This document shows positions 1 to 10,407 of a DNA stretch of 64,000 nucleotides, piece after piece. Both the position numbers and the translations under genes were made by a program. The stretch's first letter is position 1. The number at the start of each line of letters is the position of its first letter. The notes under the pieces were generated by a model that searched no databases, was not told the DNA's origin, and was given only the letters and a program-made list of their open reading frames with translations. Source of the DNA: Bacillota bacterium (GTDB lineage Bacteria > Bacillota > Negativicutes > Sporomusales > UBA7701); assembly GCA_023415775.1 (NCBI GenBank), contig JAEZJM010000014.1, positions 29,784 to 93,783 of the forward strand. Direction: 5' to 3'.

Positions 1-482
1 CCGATTGTGACCGTTTCCGGTTTTTCTTTGACGGCCTTCAACAGATCGGCAAAAGTCTTGTAGGGACTATCGGCTTTTACGGCAATCAGCACGTCGTCCA
101 TAGCCAGGTTGGCGATCGGCGTCATCATCGCCGCCTTTACCTCGGCCTTATTGACGACAGCGGACAAAGCATGCCCCGAATTCATCGTCATCAGGGTATA
201 CTTATCGCCTTTCTTCGAGAAGACATAGGCATTGCCTATCGCCCCCGAGCCACCCGGCTTGTTGATAATGGTAACCGCCTGGTCGGTGAATTTGTTCTTG
301 GTGGCTATCTCGGCGATCGTCCGGGCGATAATATCGCTGCCGCCGCCGGCGCTGTAGGGAACAACGAACTCTATCGGCTTGTCGGGGTATTTCGCCGCCG
401 GTTTGGACTGTTGCGATCCGCACCCGGCGACCAGGGCCACGGTTAGGATAACTGCGAGAGCCAGAATCCAGTTTTTTTTCAT
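1..482 (-). CDS. Tripartite tricarboxylate transporter substrate-binding lipoprotein (TctC/Bug family), runs off the left edge
   Basis: Manual translation from the ATG at 482: MKKNWILALAVILTVALVAGC (lipobox) ...YPDKPIEFVVPYSAGGGSDIIAR...INKPGGSGAIG, a typical TctC N-terminus. Not in the ORF track. Confidence 0.88.
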   Translation of the reverse strand, partial: MKKNWILALAVILTVALVAGCGSQQSKPAAKYPDKPIEFVVPYSAGGGSDIIARTIAEIATKNKFTDQAVTIINKPGGSGAIGNAYVFSKKGDKYTLMTMNSGHALSAVVNKAEVKAAMMTPIANLAMDDVLIAVKADSPYKTFADLLKAVKEKPETVTI

Positions 483-517
483 TTCTACCTCTCTCCTTCG
501 TTCTTACCTTACTGTGG

Positions 518-1141
518 TCAGTCGGCGAATTCCTGAATCAGCTCGGCAGCGCGCACCGGGTTGAACACCCCGCAAATACACGGTCTGGCCAGCATTTCGC
601 CCGCTTTCTCCGGGCTGAGCTGCTTGCGCTTCACTTGGCCTGCCAGTTCAAGGATCAGGTTGAACGACACCAGGCCATGCCCGCACATCGTCGCCACCTC
701 CTGCACTTTTTTATCGGGCAGCCTCTCCGTTTTGCCCCAGATTCCCAGGGAGCCCACGATCGTATGCGGCGTCAGGCCCACCTGTTCGCAGCATTCCTCC
801 ACCTTGTGCATCAGCCCCGACACGGTCACGCATAGGCCAAGGTCGGCCTCCTTAAGATCCTTGAGAACAGCGATCACCTGCTCGCGGCTGCGGAAAACGC
901 CGTGAACCAACTCGTTTTCGACAATAATCTCCTTCACCTTGTCCGCTCCGCCCAGCGAAAACCGGCTGCCGCCTTTCGAATCGCCGATATTCACCGGATT
1001 ATGGCGCGCGAGGATCTCGAACACCTTATCCAGCTTGGGCTTGCTGCCAGCCGACGTCAGACCGCTGGAGGGCATCGCGAAAACGACGAAATCCTGTTCT
1101 AGCGACTCAAGGCTGCCTTGGCGGTGTAATGTGTGTGTCAT
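518..1141 (-). CDS. Conserved hypothetical Cys-motif protein (probable Fe-S or metal-binding partner of the upstream 4Fe-4S protein)
   Basis: 207-aa ORF with RBS (ggagg); motifs MTHTLHR, TMCGHG and CICGVFNP. Confidence 0.7.
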   Translation of the reverse strand: MTHTLHRQGSLESLEQDFVVFAMPSSGLTSAGSKPKLDKVFEILARHNPVNIGDSKGGSRFSLGGADKVKEIIVENELVHGVFRSREQVIAVLKDLKEADLGLCVTVSGLMHKVEECCEQVGLTPHTIVGSLGIWGKTERLPDKKVQEVATMCGHGLVSFNLILELAGQVKRKQLSPEKAGEMLARPCICGVFNPVRAAELIQEFAD

Positions 1142-1150
1142 GATGTCCTC

Positions 1151-1861
1151 CTATTCCACAAAGGGCCGGCCAAGGCCCACGTTAATCTTTGCATTCGGGC
1201 GGAAATAAGTCTTCGCCTCACGAAGCGTCGCCAGCATCGGCCAGCGGACCTCAAGCCCGGCCCGGCAAGCCACGTCAACGCAGAACACCGTCTCCAGCGT
1301 CTCGCCCGTCGTGCGGATAACCTCCAGCACCGCCAGCAGTTCGCTTTCCGGAATGGCAACCTCGATAATCGCCGACAGCACCTTCTCGTCGCGGATCTCC
1401 GGCGGAAGTTCGCCGGTAACGGGATTAATCAGGTTGGTCAGCGGATTCTTTGGCTCGAACTCGACCCCGTAGCGGGCCAGCGCCATCGAAAGCTTCTCAA
1501 GTTCTCTGAGCCGCGCCCCGATACCGGGCCGGCCGATCTCGAGGGCGATGCCCACAAACCCGCGTTTGAACCGCCCGGTAACATCGTTTGTCTTGATTTC
1601 CTCCGTGCCGCGGCCGGCAAGGCCGGTCTCCTTATGAATATTCAGCGGATCGCTGTAGATGGCCCGCACGGCGCGCGGCCACTCCAGCGGCTGCTGCTCG
1701 ATGGCGTCCACCGGACAGACGGCGACCCGGCGGCATACCCCGCACTCGACGCACTCGTCGAGCGCGATGCGGGCGCACGCCTCATCCATAACGATTGCGC
1801 CCGCCGGGCAATAGGGAAGGCAACTGCCGCAACCGACACACTTTTCCTGATCAATTTTCAC
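1151..1861 (-). CDS. 4Fe-4S dicluster ferredoxin-domain protein with an uncharacterised C-terminal domain
   Basis: N-terminal CVGCGSCLPYCP and CVECGVC...CP motifs. Confidence 0.8.
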   Translation of the reverse strand: MKIDQEKCVGCGSCLPYCPAGAIVMDEACARIALDECVECGVCRRVAVCPVDAIEQQPLEWPRAVRAIYSDPLNIHKETGLAGRGTEEIKTNDVTGRFKRGFVGIALEIGRPGIGARLRELEKLSMALARYGVEFEPKNPLTNLINPVTGELPPEIRDEKVLSAIIEVAIPESELLAVLEVIRTTGETLETVFCVDVACRAGLEVRWPMLATLREAKTYFRPNAKINVGLGRPFVE

Positions 1862-1901
1862 AGCTCTTTCCTCCTCACTGACGCAAATCTATCGACTCGC
1901 G

Positions 1902-2369
1902 TCACTTATACGACTTTCGCGGTACCTCGTCCCAGCGGTAATGCCGGCCCCGCTTCGGCGCCCAATCGTCTGCGCCGTGCTCGCCGATCATCGCCAGGTT
2001 ATGCGCCAGATCCTCATGGTTGGCCTTCAATGGCGCCAGCAGCCCGCACTCCCGAAACGCGCCGCACTCCCAGCAGCCGGCGTAGTTCTTCTCCGTGGCG
2101 CACTTCCGCACCGCGCAGCCCGGTTTGCCGCCGCCGTCGCCGCATAGGTTGCGGCATTCCAGCCCTTTTATCGCCTGCAGCACGGCGGCGAACGTCGGAT
2201 AGGCTGCGAAAGCGGCGTTGCCGCCGGCCTTGTACGCAGCATACTTATCGAAGTTCAGGTCTGCCAACAGGCGCTCCAGTTTGCCCACTGTTTCGTACAG
2301 CGCCCGGTTGGCCGGAATGCAGTCCTGGCAGTACAGCCCGCAGCACGCCGTGTAATTTTTGTCCGTCAT
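1902..2369 (-). CDS. DUF3795-like Cys-rich protein
   Basis: ACCGLYCQDC ... CRNLC ... CAVRKCA ... GCWECGAFREC pattern. Confidence 0.75.
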   Translation of the reverse strand: MTDKNYTACCGLYCQDCIPANRALYETVGKLERLLADLNFDKYAAYKAGGNAAFAAYPTFAAVLQAIKGLECRNLCGDGGGKPGCAVRKCATEKNYAGCWECGAFRECGLLAPLKANHEDLAHNLAMIGEHGADDWAPKRGRHYRWDEVPRKSYK

Positions 2370-2407
2370 CGGTTATCCTCCTGCGACCCCATCCTGCCGG
2401 CTGCCCG

Positions 2408-3583
2408 TCAGGCCGTACCGCCGTATGCAATTACGCCTGCCTTCATTACCATCCTGACCTGCGCCACCGCTCGGATATCCTCCAGCGGATTGCCGGCCAC
2501 CGCCACGATATCGGCGGCCTTGCCCGGCGCCAGGCTGCCCACGCGCTGCTCCAGCCCGCAGACCATCGCCCCGTGCAGAGTGGCGGCTCTCAGCGCCTCC
2601 GCCGGTTTCGCTCCGGCGGCGACGATATATTCAAGTTCATGGGCCAGTCGTCCGTGCGCCCCGTCGGTGCCTACGGCATATTTCACGCCGCTCGCCACAA
2701 TGGCGGCCAGCCGTTCCCGCACCTCTTCACGGCCGCGGCGGAAAGCTTCCCGCCGCGGGGCGTCGAGCGTCGGCTTGTCGGCGAGGAATTCGCCCGGCGT
2801 CAGCACCAGCCAGGACTTCGTCTGCTTGAGCAGGTCGATCTCGGCGTCGGTGAGATAATACCCGTGTTCGATCGAATCGATGCCTGCCTCGAGGCAAAGC
2901 GTGAACCCCGGCCCGCCGATGCAGTGCACCGCCGTCCTTACCCCGGCGCGGCGGGCCTCCTCGGCCAGCATCATCACTTCCTCCCGCGACGGGAAGCAGG
3001 CGATGCGCTCGCCGTTTCGCACCGTCCCGGTGGCGTAAAACTTGATCAAATCGGCGCCGTTCTTGAGGTTTTCCCGCACCGCGCACCGCCATGCCTCCAC
3101 GCCGTCGAACGGCAGGCCGACAAACCCGTGCCCGTGGCTGGCCCGAATGCCCCGCGTTGCTACCACCAGCCGGGGACCGGCCAGCCGGCCCTCCTCAATC
3201 GCCTTGCGGCAGGCCACGTCGATAAAATGGCGGTCGCCCATACAGCGCGATGTCGTCACCCCCGAGCGAAGGTCGGCCGCCAGCGTCTTCACCGCCCGCA
3301 GCGTAAGCTCGCCCTCGCTGTCGTTCATCCTGAACAGGTAATTGTCCAGGGTGACGTCGAGCGACAAGTGATTGTGGCAGTCCACCAGGCCGGGGATAAG
3401 GACGCTGTCGCCGCAATCGACGATTTGGGCGTCGCCGGCCGCGGCCAGCAATTCTACCTTCGTCCCGACGGCGGCGATCAGACCATCCTCGGTCAGCACC
3501 GCGCCGTTCTTGAGCGGCGGGCTGCCGGCCTCGTCGATCAGCAGTCCCCCGCAAACAAGTTTGCGTTGTCCCATAATATTCAT
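2408..3583 (-). CDS. Metal-dependent amidohydrolase family protein
   Basis: PGLVDCHNH, AVHC, SIEHG, GTD and GSLAPGKAADIVAV motifs. Confidence 0.9.
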   Translation of the reverse strand: MNIMGQRKLVCGGLLIDEAGSPPLKNGAVLTEDGLIAAVGTKVELLAAAGDAQIVDCGDSVLIPGLVDCHNHLSLDVTLDNYLFRMNDSEGELTLRAVKTLAADLRSGVTTSRCMGDRHFIDVACRKAIEEGRLAGPRLVVATRGIRASHGHGFVGLPFDGVEAWRCAVRENLKNGADLIKFYATGTVRNGERIACFPSREEVMMLAEEARRAGVRTAVHCIGGPGFTLCLEAGIDSIEHGYYLTDAEIDLLKQTKSWLVLTPGEFLADKPTLDAPRREAFRRGREEVRERLAAIVASGVKYAVGTDGAHGRLAHELEYIVAAGAKPAEALRAATLHGAMVCGLEQRVGSLAPGKAADIVAVAGNPLEDIRAVAQVRMVMKAGVIAYGGTA

Positions 3584-3607
3584 CCCTTTATATAGCGATT
3601 GTCTTCC

Positions 3608-5101
3608 CTACTCGCCCGCCGCCGCAGCCTTGCGCGACTGCCGCCACTTGTTAATAAACGGCCAGGACAGCGACACGACCCCGAACAGGAAGAACAGCAC
3701 CGCGATCGGCCGCGTGAAGACAAGCAGGATATTGCCGTGGAACATGATCAGCGACTGCTGCAGCGCCTGCTCCAGCATCGGTCCCAGGATCAGCCCCAGA
3801 GCGATCGGCGACAGGGGCAGATCGTTCTTGACCATCACATAGCCGATAAGGCCTGCTATGAACATCACCCACACGTCGAACATCGTCGTATCGCAGGCAT
3901 ACGACCCGATGACCGTCAGCACGACCACCATCGGCGCCAGCGCGCTCCGCGGCGTCTTGACCACCGAGCAGGCCCCCTTGCAGAACGCCAGCCCGATGAA
4001 GTACATCAGTATCTGGATGACCATGAAGCCAACCAGCATCGTATAGGTGATATCGGCGTGCTTAGTGAACAGATTAGGGCCGGGACGCAGCCCGTGGATA
4101 TACAGGGCGCCAAGGAAAATCGCCGCCGGAGCGCTCCCCGGAATGCTCAGCGTCAGCAGCGGGATGAGCGAGCCGCCGGTGACGCCGTTGTTGCCCGCCT
4201 CCGAGGCAATGATGCCTTCCCACGAACCCTTGCCGAACTTCTCCGGCTCTTTGGACGAGCGTTTCGCCTCGTTATAGCACAGGAACGAGCCGATATCAGG
4301 CCCGGCCGCCGGGATGATGCCGATAATAATGCCGATGACCGACGACTTCAGCGTCAGCCACCAGTGTTTGGCGAGCTCGCTTACCTTGATCGCCATCGGA
4401 CCGACCGACGGGCAGACGGTATTCTTCGCCCCCCCTTCGATCATCAGGAAAATCTCCGGCAGCGAGAATATGCCGATCAGCACCGGCACCAGCGGCACAC
4501 CGCCGATCATCTCGTGCAGGCCGTAAGTAAAGCGCGGAAAACCCTCCACCGGATCCTGGCCGACCGTCGCCAGTATCAGGCTCAGGAAACCCACCAGCAC
4601 GCCCTTGACCATATTTTCCGCCGTCAGCATGCACACCACGCTCAGGCCGAAGAAAGCCAGCATCATCGTCTCCGGCGGCCCCACCTTCAGAGCAAAGATC
4701 GCCAGCACCGGCGCACCCAGCAGCAGGGCGATCGAGCTCAGAAAGCCGCCCATCGCCGACCCGAAGGTCGATAGATGCAGCGCCTTTCCTGCCTGACCCT
4801 GTTTGGTCAGATAGAAGCCGTCGAAGGTCGTCGGCATCGACGCCGGCGTTCCCGGGATGCCCAGAAGCACTGCCGACACCGACCCGCCGTAGATCGCGCC
4901 GCAATAGATGCCGCTAAGAAGCAGCAGCGCCGCCTCCGGCGTCAGGAAATACGAGACAGGCACAAACACCGCCACACCCATCGTGGCCGTAAAACCGGGA
5001 AGAGAACCGAACAGGATACCGATCGCCGTACCGGCTATGGCGACGGCTAGGTTCATCGGTTCGAAAAAGTTAGTGAAGCCGACCAGGACATTTTCCCACA
5101 T
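3608..5101 (-). CDS. tctA: Tripartite tricarboxylate transporter large permease TctA
   Basis: GSLPGF, YGGSVSAVLLGIPGTP and SEAGNNG...LIPLLTLSIPGS motifs; many TM helices. Confidence 0.92.
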   Translation of the reverse strand: MWENVLVGFTNFFEPMNLAVAIAGTAIGILFGSLPGFTATMGVAVFVPVSYFLTPEAALLLLSGIYCGAIYGGSVSAVLLGIPGTPASMPTTFDGFYLTKQGQAGKALHLSTFGSAMGGFLSSIALLLGAPVLAIFALKVGPPETMMLAFFGLSVVCMLTAENMVKGVLVGFLSLILATVGQDPVEGFPRFTYGLHEMIGGVPLVPVLIGIFSLPEIFLMIEGGAKNTVCPSVGPMAIKVSELAKHWWLTLKSSVIGIIIGIIPAAGPDIGSFLCYNEAKRSSKEPEKFGKGSWEGIIASEAGNNGVTGGSLIPLLTLSIPGSAPAAIFLGALYIHGLRPGPNLFTKHADITYTMLVGFMVIQILMYFIGLAFCKGACSVVKTPRSALAPMVVVLTVIGSYACDTTMFDVWVMFIAGLIGYVMVKNDLPLSPIALGLILGPMLEQALQQSLIMFHGNILLVFTRPIAVLFFLFGVVSLSWPFINKWRQSRKAAAAGE

Positions 5102-5113
5102 CTGTTTCTCCCC

Positions 5114-5614
5114 CTACAGATCCAGGAATTCGAGCAGCATACCTGTGGGCAGCGACACGAATAACAGGTCTGTGAACAGAATATACAGAGCCAGGGCGAC
5201 GATCACCGGGACGGTGAAAAGAATCTTTTTATCCCGCATCCCCAGGTACGCCATGGCGACGATGCCGAAAATGATTGTCGCAAGCAGATATCCGAGAAAG
5301 TAGATGCTCACGATATGCGCGAAGATAATGGCGATCATAACCGCAACCTGCCTGTTCATCACGAACGGCGGCCTGTCGCTTTGCCGTTTGGCCTTCATGA
5401 ACGCCTGCACAAGCAGCGTCAGTGTCAGCGCCATTGCGCATCCCAGCAGAATCCGGGGATAAAACTGAGCCTTTTCGGGCGTGCCGGCCGCATCCACCCA
5501 CAGCTTGATCTCGCCGATAAACAGTACGATTGCGATCAGGGCATCAGCCGGTATGACTCGCAGTAACGCGTTAATGGCAATAACCTCCTCCCGAAGCAAC
5601 CTGCGCCGTCGCAC
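5114..5614 (-). CDS. tctB: Tripartite tricarboxylate transporter small permease TctB (true start probably near 5575)
   Basis: About four TM segments, a C-terminal LFVSLPTG motif, and a position between tctC and tctA. Confidence 0.8.
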   Translation of the reverse strand: MRRRRLLREEVIAINALLRVIPADALIAIVLFIGEIKLWVDAAGTPEKAQFYPRILLGCAMALTLTLLVQAFMKAKRQSDRPPFVMNRQVAVMIAIIFAHIVSIYFLGYLLATIIFGIVAMAYLGMRDKKILFTVPVIVALALYILFTDLLFVSLPTGMLLEFLDL

Positions 5615-5671
5615 CTCTCAGGCGGGTCCGGCCAAAGCCGGAACCCGCCTCGGTGACAGAACGGCCCGACG

Positions 5672-6682
5672 TTATTGGGGCTTGATTCCCAGTTCGTTGA
5701 TAAGGCTCTTGTAAACTTCGAAGTCCTTCTTGTAGAACTCGCCGAATTGCTTGTAATCCATGAACTTCGGCGCCAAACCGGCCTTCTTGGCTTCTTCCTG
5801 CCAGCCCTTGTCGTCATAAACCTTCTTCAGCGCGTCGCTCAGAATCTTGATGACTTCCTCCGGCGTGCCGGGGGTCACCACGATGCCGCGCCACTGGGCG
5901 TGAACGACGTCGATGCCTTGCTCCTTCAGGGTCGGCACATTGGGAGCCAGCGGCGAGCGTTCGGCGCTGGTCACGGCAATGGCGATTACGTGGCCGGCTT
6001 CCATAGCGGCCAGAGCTTCGGAGATCGACTGGCTGGCGCTGTCGCAGTTGCTGCCGGCCACCGCGGCCAGCGCCGGAGCGCCGCCGTTGAACGGCATCCG
6101 CTTGAATTTCGCGCCGGTCGCCTTCTCGACCTTGAGGCGGAGGAAGTCGTGAACGTTCCAGTTACCGCCCATACCCATCGTGATCTGCTCGGGCTTGCTC
6201 TTGGCCAGGTCGATGAACTCCTTCATGTTCTTGACGCCGAGGTCCTTGCGGACGACGATGAAGTTGGCGTCGTCAGACAGCAGCGCCACAGGCACGAAGC
6301 TCTTCTCGTTGTAGGTAATGCCCTTCATTATGAACTGGTCGGTGAACTGGAACGGCACCAGCGCGCCTACCTGATAGCCGTCCGGCTTCATGTTGGCGAT
6401 AGTGGTCGCGCCCTGGACGCCGCCGCCAGCGGGCACGTTGGTAACGACGACCTTGGTGTTGTTAGGCAGGTACTTCTCAAGATACTTGGCCGTTATCCGG
6501 GACATGACATCTTGGCCGCCGCCGGCGGAATAGGGCACGATGATCTCGATCGGCTTCTTCGGGTAATCGATTGCTTTCTTGGCCGTGTCCGCGCTCTTGC
6601 CGCCGCCGCAGCCGGCTACCAGCACGACGCTCAGCGCTACTACGAGTAGACCCAGGACCCAACGGTACTTCTTGGAAAACAT
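5672..6682 (-). CDS. tctC: Tripartite tricarboxylate transporter substrate-binding lipoprotein TctC
   Basis: Lipobox LVAGC, then YPKKPIEIIVPYSAGGGQD and PFNGGAPAL. Confidence 0.92.
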   Translation of the reverse strand: MFSKKYRWVLGLLVVALSVVLVAGCGGGKSADTAKKAIDYPKKPIEIIVPYSAGGGQDVMSRITAKYLEKYLPNNTKVVVTNVPAGGGVQGATTIANMKPDGYQVGALVPFQFTDQFIMKGITYNEKSFVPVALLSDDANFIVVRKDLGVKNMKEFIDLAKSKPEQITMGMGGNWNVHDFLRLKVEKATGAKFKRMPFNGGAPALAAVAGSNCDSASQSISEALAAMEAGHVIAIAVTSAERSPLAPNVPTLKEQGIDVVHAQWRGIVVTPGTPEEVIKILSDALKKVYDDKGWQEEAKKAGLAPKFMDYKQFGEFYKKDFEVYKSLINELGIKPQ

Positions 6683-6724
6683 CACTTTACATTCCCTCCC
6701 ATTTATATTTTGGAGCATAGCACC

Positions 6725-7489
6725 CTAACGAATGTTGTTGCCGTTGATGATCGTATAGCCGCCGTCGACGATCACCGCCTGGCCGGTAATAAAGCCGCCC
6801 CCGGTGATCAGGCTGACCACCGCCTCGCCGACATCCTCGGCTTCGGCCGGCCGGCCCAGCGGCGTACCCGCCGACAGTTTCCTGGCAAACTCGGGTTTGT
6901 CGCCCACCCAGCGGGTCATAACCACGCCCGGCAGCACCGCGTTCACCCGCACATCGGGTGCGAGCACCAGGGCGAACGATTTTGTCACGCTGATCGCTGC
7001 CGCTTTCGAAGCACAGTAAGCCATCGAGCTGCCGCGACCGGTGATGCCGGAAATCGAGCACACGTTCACCACGCAGCCCTTATTCTTTTTCAATTCCTCG
7101 GCGCAAGCCCGGATGAGGAAAAAATGACCTTTCACGTTCGTATTCCAGGCATTGTCCCAGTACTCTTCCTTCATGCCTTCCAGGTCGTCCATAGCCACAT
7201 GGTCGGTCGTGCCCGCATTGTTTACGACCACATCCACCCGGCCGAACTTCGCCATCGCCTCCGCGAACATCCGGCGCGCGTCGGCGTCCTTGGACACGTC
7301 CGCCTTGCAGATCATACCGTCGGCGCCGAGTTTTTTCACCTCCGCCAGCGTTGCGATCGCGTCGCTCTCGGAGCGAGAGTAGTTAACGACAACGTTGGCC
7401 CCTCTCTCGGCCAGCATCAGCGTCACGGCGCGGCCGATACCCGTGCCGCCGCCGGTGACGATCGCCGTTCTCCCTTTCACGTCGAACAT
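6725..7489 (-). CDS. SDR family NAD(P)-dependent oxidoreductase
   Basis: TGGGTGIG, NNAG and YCASK motifs. Confidence 0.92.
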   Translation of the reverse strand: MFDVKGRTAIVTGGGTGIGRAVTLMLAERGANVVVNYSRSESDAIATLAEVKKLGADGMICKADVSKDADARRMFAEAMAKFGRVDVVVNNAGTTDHVAMDDLEGMKEEYWDNAWNTNVKGHFFLIRACAEELKKNKGCVVNVCSISGITGRGSSMAYCASKAAAISVTKSFALVLAPDVRVNAVLPGVVMTRWVGDKPEFARKLSAGTPLGRPAEAEDVGEAVVSLITGGGFITGQAVIVDGGYTIINGNNIR

Positions 7490-7588
7490 AATACCACCAT
7501 TCCTTCCGTGTATTTTCTGCCTCCGGGCCGTTTCCGGTCCGCAGGCTTTCAGCAGCACCCGCTACTTTGACTAAAACAGAGAAAATCA

Positions 7589-7608
7589 TCAAGTAAACGT
7601 TTACTTGA
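7589..7608. promoter_or_regulatory. LacI-family operator (perfect 20-bp palindrome TCAAGTAAACGTTTACTTGA)
   Basis: Palindrome with central CG and an AAACGTTT core, upstream of the SDR-tct operon and next to a LacI gene. Confidence 0.8.
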
Positions 7609-7615
7609 GCAAAAT

Positions 7616-8629
7616 TTAGATCCGTCGCTCGCCGTTGCCGACAATCAGGCGCGGCTGGAAAACAACCTCGCGATTATTAAGACCATTGTTCTGGATACGC
7701 TCCAGCATAAGCTCGGCCACCTTGCCGCCCATCAGCGACGGGTCCGAAGCGGCGATCGTCGGCCGCACCGAAAACAGCTCGATGTTCTCGATTCTTTCGT
7801 AAGCCACGATCGACAACTCCTCCGGCACGCTCACGCCGTTGTTCATCACATACTTCAGCGCCCCGACGGTCATCATGTTGTTCATTACGATCATCGCCGT
7901 CGGCCGGTCGCTCATCCGCGCCCAGGCGGCCGCTCCCTGGTAGCCGGCTTCCAGCGTGAAGTCGCCGTCATACCTGTAAGGATAACCCTCGCCGACATCT
8001 ATCCCGACCTCGTGCATCGCCTTCTGGAAACCCGTGAACCTCCCCCGGCCGGTGCTCACGTTCAGCGCACCGTTGAGGACGAAAATCTTGCGGTGCCCGA
8101 GATCCAGCAGATGGGTGGTAAGCTCATACGCACCCTGGACGCTGTTGCTGTCTACAAGGTCGCCGCGGAAGCAGACGTCGCGGATTTTGCGGTTGACCGC
8201 CACCACCGGAATCTTCTTGCTCAGCCCGACCACATAGTCGTCGTTCTCGCCCGTGGTGTTGAGGATCAGCCCGTCGATCTTCTTGCTTGTCAGCAGCTCG
8301 AGATAGGCCAGCTCGCGCTTCTTCCTGTTCTCCGTGCTGCAGACTATCAGGCTGTAGCCCTCCTTGTTGACAATATCCTCGACCGCCTTGGCCATCTCGA
8401 TGAAATAGTTATTGGTGATGTCGGAAACCAGGAAGCCCAGCGAAAAGGTGGCGTCCTTCTTTAGGCTCCTCGCAATGAGGTTGGGCACATACTGCAGCTC
8501 GCCGATCGATTGCTGCACGCTCCTGGTTACCTCCGGGCTTACATAGTAGTTGCTGTTGATGACCCGAGAAACGGTGGCGACCGATACTCCCGCGTGCCTG
8601 GCGACATCCTTGATCGTGACCTTTTCCAC
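7616..8629 (-). CDS. LacI family transcriptional regulator
   Basis: TIKDVARHAGVSVATVSRVIN HTH plus a sugar-binding domain; GTG start at 8629. Confidence 0.93.
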   Translation of the reverse strand: MEKVTIKDVARHAGVSVATVSRVINSNYYVSPEVTRSVQQSIGELQYVPNLIARSLKKDATFSLGFLVSDITNNYFIEMAKAVEDIVNKEGYSLIVCSTENRKKRELAYLELLTSKKIDGLILNTTGENDDYVVGLSKKIPVVAVNRKIRDVCFRGDLVDSNSVQGAYELTTHLLDLGHRKIFVLNGALNVSTGRGRFTGFQKAMHEVGIDVGEGYPYRYDGDFTLEAGYQGAAAWARMSDRPTAMIVMNNMMTVGALKYVMNNGVSVPEELSIVAYERIENIELFSVRPTIAASDPSLMGGKVAELMLERIQNNGLNNREVVFQPRLIVGNGERRI

Positions 8630-8641
8630 ACTAACCCTCTT

Positions 8642-8657
8642 CTGTAATCGTTTACTT
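8642..8657. promoter_or_regulatory. Second, imperfect LacI operator (CTGTAATCGTTTACTT); probable autoregulation site
   Basis: 13 of 16 positions match the 7591-7606 palindrome core; lies just upstream of the LacI start. Confidence 0.65.
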
Positions 8658-8729
8658 ACATTAACATTATCATCATCTGCCACGACTGTCAACGGAAAAC
8701 GCGGAATAGTCAGACACTTGCGAGAATGC

Positions 8730-8776
8730 GTTTTCCCGCGCCGGCCGGGCTTTGCGCCCGGCCGGCGCGGGAAAAC
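8730..8776. terminator. Long perfect GC-rich hairpin ending the ior-abfD-MaoC operon
   Basis: GTTTTCCCGCGCCGGCCGGGC-N5-GCCCGGCCGGCGCGGGAAAAC directly after the MaoC stop. Confidence 0.7.
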
Positions 8777-8783
8777 AGCTCTT

Positions 8784-9224
8784 TTACTTTTTGAGCATCG
8801 TCGCCTTGCCGTCAACCACCAGCACGCCGTCCTGGTTGGTCACCGTCGTCCGGAAGATCAGCCGGTTCTTGGCTTCGATCTTCTCGATGCACTCCACCGT
8901 GGCCGTCACCGTGTCGCCGATTTTCACCGGCGCGCGGAAGGAAAGCTCCTGGCCCATGTAGATGGTGTTGGCCCCCGGCAGCGCGGTGCCGAGCACCGCC
9001 GAAATGAACCCTGCCGACAGCATGCCGTGGGCGATCCGCTCCTTGAACATCGTCTGCTTGGCAAACTCGCTGTTGATATGCACCGGGTTGAAGTCGCCGG
9101 TCACGCCGGCAAAAGAATAGACGTCGAACTCGCTCACCGTTTTGGTCATGCTCGCCTTGTCGCCGACCTTGACGTCGGCGAACGGGATATCCTGCACCAT
9201 ATCCGTCGCTCCTTCCCTAACCAA
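8784..9224 (-). CDS. MaoC/PhaJ-like (R)-specific enoyl-CoA hydratase/dehydratase
   Basis: FAGVTGDFNPVH...IAHGML hydratase-2 motif. Confidence 0.9.
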   Translation of the reverse strand: MVREGATDMVQDIPFADVKVGDKASMTKTVSEFDVYSFAGVTGDFNPVHINSEFAKQTMFKERIAHGMLSAGFISAVLGTALPGANTIYMGQELSFRAPVKIGDTVTATVECIEKIEAKNRLIFRTTVTNQDGVLVVDGKATMLKK

Positions 9225-9236
9225 TCTCCCCCGCGT

Positions 9237-10376
<1,140 letters not shown>

Positions 10377-10407
10377 TTTTCTTCCTCCACTTCATTTTCG
10401 TTTGTAC

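Noticed and set aside
1133..3595. 820-aa + strand ORF and other long antisense ORFs (for example 8550-10499, 24962-26638, 60316-61869)
   Set aside because: These are shadow ORFs opposite well-supported genes in high-GC DNA and have no recognisable motifs.
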